From Ruminococcus sp. (lineage in GTDB: Bacteria > Bacillota > Clostridia > Oscillospirales > Ruminococcaceae): 51,967 nt of DNA. Position 1 is the first letter of the stretch. Each line of letters begins with the position of its first letter. The DNA lies in assembly GCA_017458445.1 (NCBI GenBank), contig JAFTAX010000110.1, positions 1 to 51,967 on the forward strand, in the 5' to 3' direction. Below the pieces are notes generated by a model, which saw only the letters and a list, made by a program, of their open reading frames with translations, was not told where the DNA came from and ran no database searches. Position numbers and translations under genes: made by a program. Below, piece after piece: positions 1 through 7,679 of this stretch.

Positions 1-1201
1 CCTCATCGACAAGGTTTTTTAAGCCGCCTTTGAGCTTTTTCTCATATACAAACCAGTCGCCGAGTGATGAGTTATCAGCGTCCCTGTGACCGAACCAGCC
101 GTCGTCCATAACAAGCATTTCAATACCAAGCTTTGATGCTTCTTTTGCAATGCTTATAAGCTTGTCGGTGTCAAAATCAAAATATGTTGCTTCCCAGTTG
201 TTGATAAGTATAGGGCGACGTTTGTCTTTGTATTCGCCTCTTATGAGATTATTGCGATAAAGGTCGTGGAACGTCCTTGACATCTTTCCAAGTCCGCTGT
301 CTGAATGAACCATTACCACTTCAGGTGCAGTGAACTGCTCGCCAGGCTCAAGATACCAGCCGAAATCGAGCGGGTTTATTCCCATAAGAAAGCGTGTTTT
401 TCTGTGCTGTGTGACTTCACACTCTGCGACAAAATTGCCCGAATATACAAAGTTAAAACCGAAAACTTCGCCCTTGTCCTCGTCAGCATTATGATCGCAT
501 AATGCCAGAAACGGGTTGTTCTGGTGAGATGATTCACCTCTTGCAGAGTCAACAAGCTGTTTGCCGATATGAAGCGGACAACGCTCAATATGGCGTTCTC
601 TTGCCCATGAGCCATTGAGGGTAATCATATCATATTTGTCTGTATCAAAATCAACGCAGGCTGAAAGCACTCTTGTCAGTGTGCAGGCTTTGTTACCTGT
701 GTTTTTCAGGATTACCGAGCGTGTTATAACGTCAAGCTTTTCAAAAGCAGTGTATATAAGCAGGACTTCGAGCTTGGCATGGCTGTCATACATTGTTATC
801 TCAAGCGTCTGTGCAGGTGACTTATCTGTCGCAAAGGTTGCAGGCAGCCCTGACAGTTTAGGCTTGCCGTCTGTGATTTTGTGAGAAACATATCTCAAGT
901 TACAACAGCTCATGCCGTCGGTATCAAGAATCTTGAAAGCACTATCACGATACTCGCCAATGCCGAAGCATGGATATTCAAAGGGCCGAGAGTCCATAAA
1001 GCTTGCTTTGTCACGATTATTCTCGGCTGGCGTGAAAGGACTTTCATCGAGCCTTAGAAGATAGCCGAGGTCATCATCAGGAACTTTTGAACCATAATAA
1101 ACGTGTGCAAGATAGCCGTCATCAACTACCTTGATCATATAGTCAGTATCCTTTGCACGAAGCTTAAAGGTTTTATTGTTTTTATAATATGTTATCGGCA
1201 T
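1..1201 (-). CDS. Alpha-galactosidase, glycoside hydrolase family 36 (N-terminal part; runs off the window edge, absent from the ORF track)
   Basis: Minus-strand ATG at 1201 after GAGG. It reads MPITYYKNNKTFKLRAKDTDYMIKV...PILINNWEATYFDFDTDKL...LGIEMLVMDDGWFGHRDADNSSLGDW; NNWEATYFDF and DDGWFG..R....SLGDW are GH36 hallmarks. Confidence 0.93.
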   Translation of the reverse strand, partial: MPITYYKNNKTFKLRAKDTDYMIKVVDDGYLAHVYYGSKVPDDDLGYLLRLDESPFTPAENNRDKASFMDSRPFEYPCFGIGEYRDSAFKILDTDGMSCCNLRYVSHKITDGKPKLSGLPATFATDKSPAQTLEITMYDSHAKLEVLLIYTAFEKLDVITRSVILKNTGNKACTLTRVLSACVDFDTDKYDMITLNGSWARERHIERCPLHIGKQLVDSARGESSHQNNPFLALCDHNADEDKGEVFGFNFVYSGNFVAECEVTQHRKTRFLMGINPLDFGWYLEPGEQFTAPEVVMVHSDSGLGKMSRTFHDLYRNNLIRGEYKDKRRPILINNWEATYFDFDTDKLISIAKEASKLGIEMLVMDDGWFGHRDADNSSLGDWFVYEKKLKGGLKNLVDE

Positions 1202-1233
1202 TTGTTAAGACCTCGTTTCCTGAAATAATACAC

Positions 1234-1262
1234 ATTATAACATAATAGTCATTTAAATTCAA
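1234..1262 (-). promoter_or_regulatory. Sigma-A promoter for the alpha-galactosidase
   Basis: Minus strand TTGAAT-17 nt-TATAAT with TG extension. Confidence 0.7.
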
Positions 1263-1314
1263 GGGGAAGCTCGTTTTTTTGTTTTGCATACATTTACAAC
1301 AGAGCTGGAAGCAC

Positions 1315-1343
1315 TTGATTTATTTGTTAAAATCTGATATAAT
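1315..1343 (+). promoter_or_regulatory. Sigma-A promoter for pfkA
   Basis: TTGATT-17 nt-TATAAT with TG extension, divergent from the galactosidase promoter. Confidence 0.7.
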
Positions 1344-1411
1344 ATATTATGTATAAATGTATATTGTAATAGCTTTCAATTAATATTACAGTATGAAAGG
1401 AAGTTTTATAT

Positions 1412-2491
1412 ATGAAAAGAAGGATCGGTATTTTAACAAGTGGTGGCGACTGTCCGGGACTAAACGCAACAATAAGAGGAGTTGCAAAAGCCTGTTATCA
1501 GCAGTTTGGCAATGATGTTGAAATAGTTGGTATAAATAATGGCTACTATGGTCTTATAAACAATCTTTGCAAAGAGATGAAACCGTCTGATTTTTCAGGA
1601 ATTCTCACAACAGGCGGTACTATCTTTGGTACAAAGCGTACTCCTTTTAAGATGATGCAGGTTATCGGCGAGGACAATGTTGACAAGGTCAAAGAGATGA
1701 AGCAGACATACAAAAAGCAAAAGCTTGATTGCCTTCTGACACTTGGCGGAAACGGTACGCACAAGACTGCAAATCTTCTTTCAAGTGAAGGGCTTAATGT
1801 TATCGGTTTGCCAAAAACTATTGATAATGATATCTGGGGTACAAGCGTTACATTCGGTTTCCATACAGCTGTTGATATTGCAACTGATGTTATCGACCGT
1901 CTGCATACAACGGCAACTTCTCATGGAAGAATACTTGTTGTTGAGATCATGGGAAACAAAGCTGGCTGGCTCACACTGTATTCAGGTGTAGCAGGAGGAG
2001 CAGATATGATAGTGCTTCCTGAGGTCCCATATGATATCAATAAGCTTTGTCAGGCTTGCGAAAAGCGTATAGATGATGGAAAGACATTCTCGATACTTGC
2101 TGTCGCTGAGGGTGCATTTGATAAAGATGAAGCAAAAATGAAGAAAAAAGAACGTGCAAAGAAAAGAGCAGAGCAAGGCTATACAACTGCTACAAACAGA
2201 ATTGCAAAGCAGATTGAAGCAAACACAGGACTTGAAACAAGAGTTTGCGTACCTGGACATATGCTTCGTGGTGGAAGTCCGTCTGCTTATGACAGAGTTC
2301 TGGCTACACAGTTTGGCGTTCGTGCAGCACAGCTTATAAAGAAAGAAAAGTATGGCTATGCGGTTGCAATGATAGACAACAAGGTATCGGAAAACAAACT
2401 TAAAGATATTGCAGGTCTTACAAAGTTTGTTCCGCAAGATGACCAGATGGTTAAAACTGCAAGAGAGATCGGAATTTCATTTGGCGATTAG
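1412..2491 (+). CDS. pfkA: 6-phosphofructokinase (PfkA family, probably ATP-dependent, group III-like)
   Basis: TSGGDCPGLN, GGNGT, PKTIDND, MGNKAGW and GHMLRGG motifs. Confidence 0.93.
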   Translation: MKRRIGILTSGGDCPGLNATIRGVAKACYQQFGNDVEIVGINNGYYGLINNLCKEMKPSDFSGILTTGGTIFGTKRTPFKMMQVIGEDNVDKVKEMKQTYKKQKLDCLLTLGGNGTHKTANLLSSEGLNVIGLPKTIDNDIWGTSVTFGFHTAVDIATDVIDRLHTTATSHGRILVVEIMGNKAGWLTLYSGVAGGADMIVLPEVPYDINKLCQACEKRIDDGKTFSILAVAEGAFDKDEAKMKKKERAKKRAEQGYTTATNRIAKQIEANTGLETRVCVPGHMLRGGSPSAYDRVLATQFGVRAAQLIKKEKYGYAVAMIDNKVSENKLKDIAGLTKFVPQDDQMVKTAREIGISFGD

Positions 2492-2526
2492 TTTTTTCTC
2501 GTCAGAGCTTAGAAAGGATGATTAAT

Positions 2527-3525
2527 ATGAGAATTGAAAAAAAGAGGATAATTGCTGCTCTGATATCGGCAGTTATCATGGCGGTGGTTTTCAGCATTTC
2601 AAGCTTTGCTGCTGGTACGGCAACAATTGGTGTGCCAAAAAGCGTTGAAGCAGGAAAAGATTTCACTGTTTCGGTGAAAATAACTGCTGAAAATGACATT
2701 GGTTTTGTACAGGGAATGATTTCTTATGATGACAGTGTCGCAGAGTTCAAATCATCTGATTTTGCATCAGGCGGCAGTGGCGTAATCAATATCAATGGCT
2801 TTCCTGATTCACCATCAAAGGAGCTAAGCTTTAATATCACTTTTACTGCCTTGAACAACGGTAACTGCAAAATGTCTTTGACAAACTGTTTTGTGACATC
2901 ACCAGAGGGCGACCAGATTGGTTCGCCGACAGCTGATGCAACAGTCAGTGTCAAGGGTGATGCTCCTGCTAATAATGATACATCAAAGGGTGACTTGAGC
3001 GGTACACCTGAACAGGGTTGCCTAAAGAGCCTGACGGTATCGCAGGGAGAGCTTAAGCCTGCATTTGCTTATGATATTTATGACTATCATGTTGATGTTG
3101 GTGCTGATGTTGAGAGCTGTGAAATTGAGGGCGTAACTGCAAATCCAACCGACATGATCTGGTATACGGGTAATGAAAATCTTGCTGTTGGCGACAATGT
3201 CAGAACAATTAAGGTTACTGACAAGGACGGTTATTCTCATGTTTATACCGTCACAATTACAAGGGCACAGTCATCCGTAACAACGACAACAGTTCAAACT
3301 GAGGTTGCAACTACAACTGTTGAGCCGTATGTCGAAGATGTAAGCAGTGTTTCTGACGCATCATCAAGAGCTATTATTGATGATAAAGAAAACGGACTTG
3401 ATAAATACAAATTCTTAACACCTGCACTCATTATAGTCCTGATTACACTTATTATCGCTTTGGTTGTGCTTATCGTATGGCTTAAGAAAAAAGGCGGTAA
3501 AAAGTCAGGCAAGAGAAGAAGATAG
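2527..3525 (+). CDS. Cell-surface protein: signal peptide, cohesin-like domain, cadherin-like beta-sandwich domain, Thr-rich linker, C-terminal TM anchor
   Basis: Signal peptide ending SFA. The region VPKSVEAGKDFTVSV...ISYDDSVAEF...ITFTALNNG is cohesin-like. LKSLTVSQGELKPAFAYDIYDY is a cadherin-like repeat. A hydrophobic stretch and basic tail end the protein. Start moved to 2527 for SD spacing. Confidence 0.65.
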   Translation: MRIEKKRIIAALISAVIMAVVFSISSFAAGTATIGVPKSVEAGKDFTVSVKITAENDIGFVQGMISYDDSVAEFKSSDFASGGSGVININGFPDSPSKELSFNITFTALNNGNCKMSLTNCFVTSPEGDQIGSPTADATVSVKGDAPANNDTSKGDLSGTPEQGCLKSLTVSQGELKPAFAYDIYDYHVDVGADVESCEIEGVTANPTDMIWYTGNENLAVGDNVRTIKVTDKDGYSHVYTVTITRAQSSVTTTTVQTEVATTTVEPYVEDVSSVSDASSRAIIDDKENGLDKYKFLTPALIIVLITLIIALVVLIVWLKKKGGKKSGKRRR

Positions 3526-3535
3526 GCTACAGCTA

Positions 3536-3564
3536 TTGACAATAAGTAAGCAAAGGTTTATAAT
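3536..3564 (+). promoter_or_regulatory. Consensus sigma-A promoter of the alaS T-box leader
   Basis: TTGACA-17 nt-TATAAT. Confidence 0.85.
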
Positions 3565-3574
3565 ATGTATATAT

Positions 3575-3815
3575 TTTAAATGCGTTGAAGGAATTATCCG
3601 AATGGATTGGTTAAGAGAGAAGGCGGTTGGTGAAAGCCTTTCCATGAAGCTCGGTGGCTAACCTGAGTATCGGTGTGAAAGCATCGGCGTATCTCCTGCG
3701 TTAAAGGATTCGAGTGGCAAATTGTTTTAGCTTTCAGAAAAACAGTTTGCAATTTGGGTGGTAACACGGAAACTTATGTCTTCGTCCCATGTTTTAAGGG
3801 GCGAAGACTTTTTTA
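3575..3815 (+). promoter_or_regulatory. Ala T-box riboswitch (transcription antitermination)
   Basis: AGAGA and GGTGAAA stem I motifs; GCT (Ala) candidate specifier at 3649 or 3657; T-box GGGTGGTAACACG at 3756-3768; terminator GTCTTCGTCCC..GGGGCGAAGAC-T6 at 3778-3814. Confidence 0.92.
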
Positions 3816-3846
3816 TTGTAAATTATTATTAAAGGAGTATAGTTTT

Positions 3847-6504
3847 ATGAAGTGGATGGGAGTTAATGAATTAAGAAAGCTTTATCTTGATTTTTTCAAA
3901 AGCAAGGATCATCTTTGCATTAAGAGTTTTCCTCTTGTGCCGAGAAATGATAACAGCCTGCTTTTGATAAACGCTGGTATGGCACCTTTGAAGCCATACT
4001 TTACTGGTCAGGAAGAACCGCCAAAGAGAAGAATGGCTGACTGTCAAAAGTGTATCCGCACAGGCGATATTGAAAACGTTGGTAAGACAGCAAGACACGG
4101 TACATTCTTTGAGATGCTTGGTAACTGGTCATTCGGCGACTATTTCAAGGAAGAAGCAATTTCCTGGGCATGGGAATTCTGCATTGATGTTTTGAAGCTT
4201 CCTGTGGAAAGACTTTTTGTATCGGTTTATGAAGATGATGACGAGGCAGAGAAAATCTGGCACGAGAAAATCGGTCTGCCTATGGACAAGATTTTCCGCA
4301 TGGGTAAAGAGGACAATTTCTGGGAGGCAGGAATTGACGGTCCATGTGGACCATGCTCTGAGATTTATTTTGACAGAGGCGAGGAATATGGTTGCGGTAA
4401 GCCTGATTGTACAGTAGGCTGTGACTGCGACAGATATATGGAATTCTGGAACCTTGTGTTCACACAGTTTGAACGCCATGAGGACGGAACATACACACCG
4501 CTTGAGCAGAAGAACATTGACACAGGCATGGGACTTGAAAGACTTGCTGCTATGATGCAGAATGTTGACTCGATTTTTGATGTTGACACAATAAAGGCAA
4601 TTCGTGACCATGTTTGTGAAATTGCAGGCTGCAAGTATGGTGAAAGTCACAAGAAGGACGTTTCAATCCGTGTTATCACAGACCATATCCGTTCTGTTAC
4701 ATTTATGGCATCAGACGGAATATTGCCGTCAAACGAGGGCAGAGGTTATGTTATGAGAAGATTGCTCAGACGTGCTGTACGTCACGGCAAGCTTCTCGGC
4801 ATAAACGGGCTTTTCCTCAAGGATATTGTTAAAACTGTTGTTGACAACTCAAAGGTAGAATACACTGAGCTTGAAGAAAAATATGACTATATCGTCAAGC
4901 TGCTCACAACTGAAGAAGAAAACTTCAACAAGACTATAGACAGAGGTATGAAGATACTCGATGACTATATCAATGAGATGCAGAAAAACGGCGAAACAGT
5001 GCTTGGCGGTGAAGCTTGCTTCAAGCTGTCGGATACTTATGGTTTCCCGATTGATCTTACTCGTGAGATACTTGAAGAAAAAGGCTTGAAGGCTGATGAA
5101 GCAGGCTTTGAAGCTGCTATGAACGAACAGCGTGAAAAGGCTCGTGTTGCAAGAGGTGGCTCGAAGTACATGGGTGCTGACGAAACGGTATTCCACCAGA
5201 TTGACAGAGATTTTCACACTGAATTTGTCGGATATGAAACGCTTGAATGTGATGATGAAATAGCATTTATTGCAACTGATGATGAGCTGATTGAAAACGC
5301 AGGCTGCAGTGATGATGAGCTTTATATTGTATCATCAAAGACACCGTTCTATGCTGAAAGTGGTGGACAGGTAGGCGACATCGGTACTATCACGACTGCA
5401 AGCGGAAAGTGCGTTGTGCTTGACACGCAAAAGGCTGTTGCAGGTAAGATTGCACACAAAATCAAGGTCGTCGAAGGCGGAATATCCGTTGGACAGAAGA
5501 CACATTTTGCAGTTGACAAGAAAAACAGACGTGCTATTATGAGAAATCACTCTTGTGCACATCTTCTGCAGTCGGCACTCAGAGAGGTTCTTGGCGAACA
5601 CGTTCATCAGGCAGGGCAGCTTGTTGACTCAAACAGGCTGAGATTTGACTTCTCACATTTCAACGCTATGACACCAGATGAGCTGATTAAAGTTGAGATG
5701 CTTGTTAACAAGTACATCTTTGACGCTCTTGATGTAACCGTAAAGGAAATGCCGATTGACGAGGCTAAAAAGCTTGGTGCTATGGCACTCTTTGGCGAAA
5801 AGTACGGCGACACTGTAAGAGTTGTAACAATGGGTGATGAACAGCCTGTTTCAATCGAATTCTGCGGTGGTACTCACGTTGACAACACTGCTAAAATCGG
5901 GCTTTTCAAGATTGTAAGCGAAAGCTCAGTTGCTTCAGGTGTAAGACGTATTGAAGCTGTTACAGGCTCAGGCGTTATGGCTATGCTCAAAGAGCATATT
6001 GACATGACAAAGAAAGCTGCACAAGCACTTAAGCTTGGCAACCCTGCAGAGCTTGTAAAGAGATGCATGGCTCTTATGGGTGAAATCAAGACACTTGAAA
6101 AGGAAAGAGATTCACTACAGGCTGAGATTTCAAACATGAAAACAAAGGCTTTGTTTGAAAATGCAGTTGACATTAACGGCGTTAAGGTCGTAACTGCAAT
6201 GTTTACAAATATCCGTCCTGATATGCTCAGAAAAATGGGCGATGAGATAAAGGCTACACAAGACGATTTTGTTGCTGTTATTGCTGGCGTGAACGGTGAA
6301 AAGGCTAATCTTTTGGTTGTTGCAGGCAAAAACGCCGTTGCAAAGGGTGCACACGCAGGAAAGATTGCAGGCAAGACTGCTGAGCTTACAGGCGGCAGAG
6401 GTGGCGGACGACCTGATTCTGCTATGGCTGGCGTTGGCGACAAGTTTAAGATTGATGAAGCACTCGATAAGGTTACAGATATTGTAGCTGAATTCGTTAA
6501 GTAA
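3847..6504 (+). CDS. alaS: Alanine--tRNA ligase
   Basis: NAGMAPLKPYF, HGTFFEMLGN, GPCGPCSEI, DTGMGLER, editing motifs HSCAH/CGGTH, GGGRPD. True start is ATG 3847 after AAGGAG; the ORF-track start at 3754 lies inside the T-box. Confidence 0.98.
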   Translation: MKWMGVNELRKLYLDFFKSKDHLCIKSFPLVPRNDNSLLLINAGMAPLKPYFTGQEEPPKRRMADCQKCIRTGDIENVGKTARHGTFFEMLGNWSFGDYFKEEAISWAWEFCIDVLKLPVERLFVSVYEDDDEAEKIWHEKIGLPMDKIFRMGKEDNFWEAGIDGPCGPCSEIYFDRGEEYGCGKPDCTVGCDCDRYMEFWNLVFTQFERHEDGTYTPLEQKNIDTGMGLERLAAMMQNVDSIFDVDTIKAIRDHVCEIAGCKYGESHKKDVSIRVITDHIRSVTFMASDGILPSNEGRGYVMRRLLRRAVRHGKLLGINGLFLKDIVKTVVDNSKVEYTELEEKYDYIVKLLTTEEENFNKTIDRGMKILDDYINEMQKNGETVLGGEACFKLSDTYGFPIDLTREILEEKGLKADEAGFEAAMNEQREKARVARGGSKYMGADETVFHQIDRDFHTEFVGYETLECDDEIAFIATDDELIENAGCSDDELYIVSSKTPFYAESGGQVGDIGTITTASGKCVVLDTQKAVAGKIAHKIKVVEGGISVGQKTHFAVDKKNRRAIMRNHSCAHLLQSALREVLGEHVHQAGQLVDSNRLRFDFSHFNAMTPDELIKVEMLVNKYIFDALDVTVKEMPIDEAKKLGAMALFGEKYGDTVRVVTMGDEQPVSIEFCGGTHVDNTAKIGLFKIVSESSVASGVRRIEAVTGSGVMAMLKEHIDMTKKAAQALKLGNPAELVKRCMALMGEIKTLEKERDSLQAEISNMKTKALFENAVDINGVKVVTAMFTNIRPDMLRKMGDEIKATQDDFVAVIAGVNGEKANLLVVAGKNAVAKGAHAGKIAGKTAELTGGRGGGRPDSAMAGVGDKFKIDEALDKVTDIVAEFVK

Positions 6505-6516
6505 AGGAGAATTACT

Positions 6517-6858
6517 ATGGATAACTGTATTTTTTGCAAAATCGTAAAAGGCGAAATTCCGTCAAAAAAGGTTTATGAAGACGAGCTTGTGTATGTGTTT
6601 GAGGACATTGAGCCTACTGCACCGATACACTATCTTGTAATCCCAAAGGAGCATATCTCAAAGCTTGATGAGATTAATGCTGAAAACTCGGCAGTTGTTG
6701 CGCATATTTATGAAGTTATCTCAAAGCTTGCCAAGGATCTCGACCTTAAGGACGGATTCAGAGTTGTGACAAACTGTGGTGAACAGGCAGGACAGAGTGT
6801 TTTCCACATTCACTTCCACCTGCTCGCAGGCAGACCATTCCAGTGGCCAGCAGGGTAA
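6517..6858 (+). CDS. hit: Histidine triad (HIT/HINT) nucleotide-binding protein
   Basis: CIFCKI N-terminus and GQSVFHIHFHLLAGR triad. Confidence 0.95.
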   Translation: MDNCIFCKIVKGEIPSKKVYEDELVYVFEDIEPTAPIHYLVIPKEHISKLDEINAENSAVVAHIYEVISKLAKDLDLKDGFRVVTNCGEQAGQSVFHIHFHLLAGRPFQWPAG

Positions 6859-7174
6859 TATAAACCGAAGTTTATAGTATTACACAGAGCTACTAACTGA
6901 GAGAAAACCTTTCTGAAGAAAGGGTTTTCCCTCGAACCTTGCATAGCAAGGCTTTACTCCTGTTTCCAAAGACTTTTTAATGATTTTTTTGAGGGCGTGA
7001 GCTGTTTTTTAAGACACTTCACGCCCTATACTATTTTCATTTTGAAAGTTAACCCACACCCTCAAAAAAATGACTTACAAGTTTTAAAGAGGTGTTTTAA
7101 GGAATAGCCTTGTTCAAAATGGTATCCACTTAATCAATAACCTTGTATAGTATTATAAACCTCATTTTATATTA
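6856..7174. repeat. Long imperfect palindrome, REPIN/MITE-like element copy A (shared core 6881-7149)
   Basis: The left and right arms are reverse-complementary. The core matches 28290-28541 (e.g. AAACCTTTCTGAAGAAAGG, TTTCCAAAGACTTTTTAATGATTTTTTTGAGGG, ACCCTCAAAAAAA). Confidence 0.85.
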
Positions 7175-7231
7175 TCAAGCTGTGGACTTTTATGGCATCA
7201 TGTTTTTTTATGATGCATTTTTGAAAAGCCA

Positions 7232-7260
7232 TTGATTTTTGCTTAAAAAAAGTGTAGAAT
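7232..7260 (+). promoter_or_regulatory. Putative sigma-A promoter upstream of the membrane ORF-recD2-comF unit
   Basis: TTGATT-17 nt-TAGAAT. Confidence 0.6.
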
Positions 7261-7273
7261 AGTATTAGAAATT

Positions 7274-7302
7274 CACATTATTTCTCCCTTTAACATAATA
7301 TA
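7274..7302 (+). promoter_or_regulatory. Putative sigma-K-type (mother-cell sporulation) promoter
   Basis: CACA-16 nt-CATAataTA matches the Bacillus/Clostridium sigma-K consensus mACA-16-CATAnnnTA. Confidence 0.45.
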
Positions 7303-7329
7303 CATTAGTTGGGCAGGGAGGTGTTACAC

Positions 7330-7662
7330 TTGAGCGGTGTGATTATTTTTATAATGTGTTCGGCTGTTGTGATTGTGGTGTTCATAATTAAACGCATAAC
7401 GGCACTTAACAGCTGTTGCAGAAGGTGCGGATTTATTATTGTGCCATACAATTCAAAGACTGAAAACTTGAGCAAAACTGTCAAGTCATATTACTGGGAA
7501 GAGGTTTTTGAGGCGGAAAGTATGGGACGTGAGATACTGCTTGTTAAAATGGATAACAGTGATAATGATTACACTGCAAAGAGGTTATCTGAGGAGTATT
7601 CGATTGTATCTGTTTTACATATAAGCGAACTTGAAGAATATCTGCGTAATGCTTATAATTGA
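7330..7662 (+). CDS. Hypothetical protein with an N-terminal membrane anchor
   Basis: TTG start after GGAGGTG; hydrophobic N-terminus IIFIMCSAVVIVVFII. Confidence 0.7.
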   Translation: MSGVIIFIMCSAVVIVVFIIKRITALNSCCRRCGFIIVPYNSKTENLSKTVKSYYWEEVFEAESMGREILLVKMDNSDNDYTAKRLSEEYSIVSVLHISELEEYLRNAYN

Positions 7663-7679
7663 CAAAAAAAGGTTTTACT

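Noticed and set aside
305-884. Short ORFs at 305-502, 376-615 and 615-884
   Set aside because: They are shadows of the minus-strand GH36 gene, which the ORF track missed because it runs off the window edge.
3754-3846. 31-aa N-terminal extension of AlaS in the ORF track
   Set aside because: It lies within the T-box antiterminator/terminator; the SD supports ATG 3847.
5874-6539. Long antisense ORFs (e.g. 221 aa opposite alaS, 211 aa opposite smc, 175 aa opposite clpX)
   Set aside because: They are antisense shadows of conserved, codon-biased genes, with no SD or recognisable motifs.
6881-7149. Palindromic element considered as a CRISPR array or intact IS
   Set aside because: There are no regularly spaced direct repeats with unique spacers, no cas genes and no transposase ORF.
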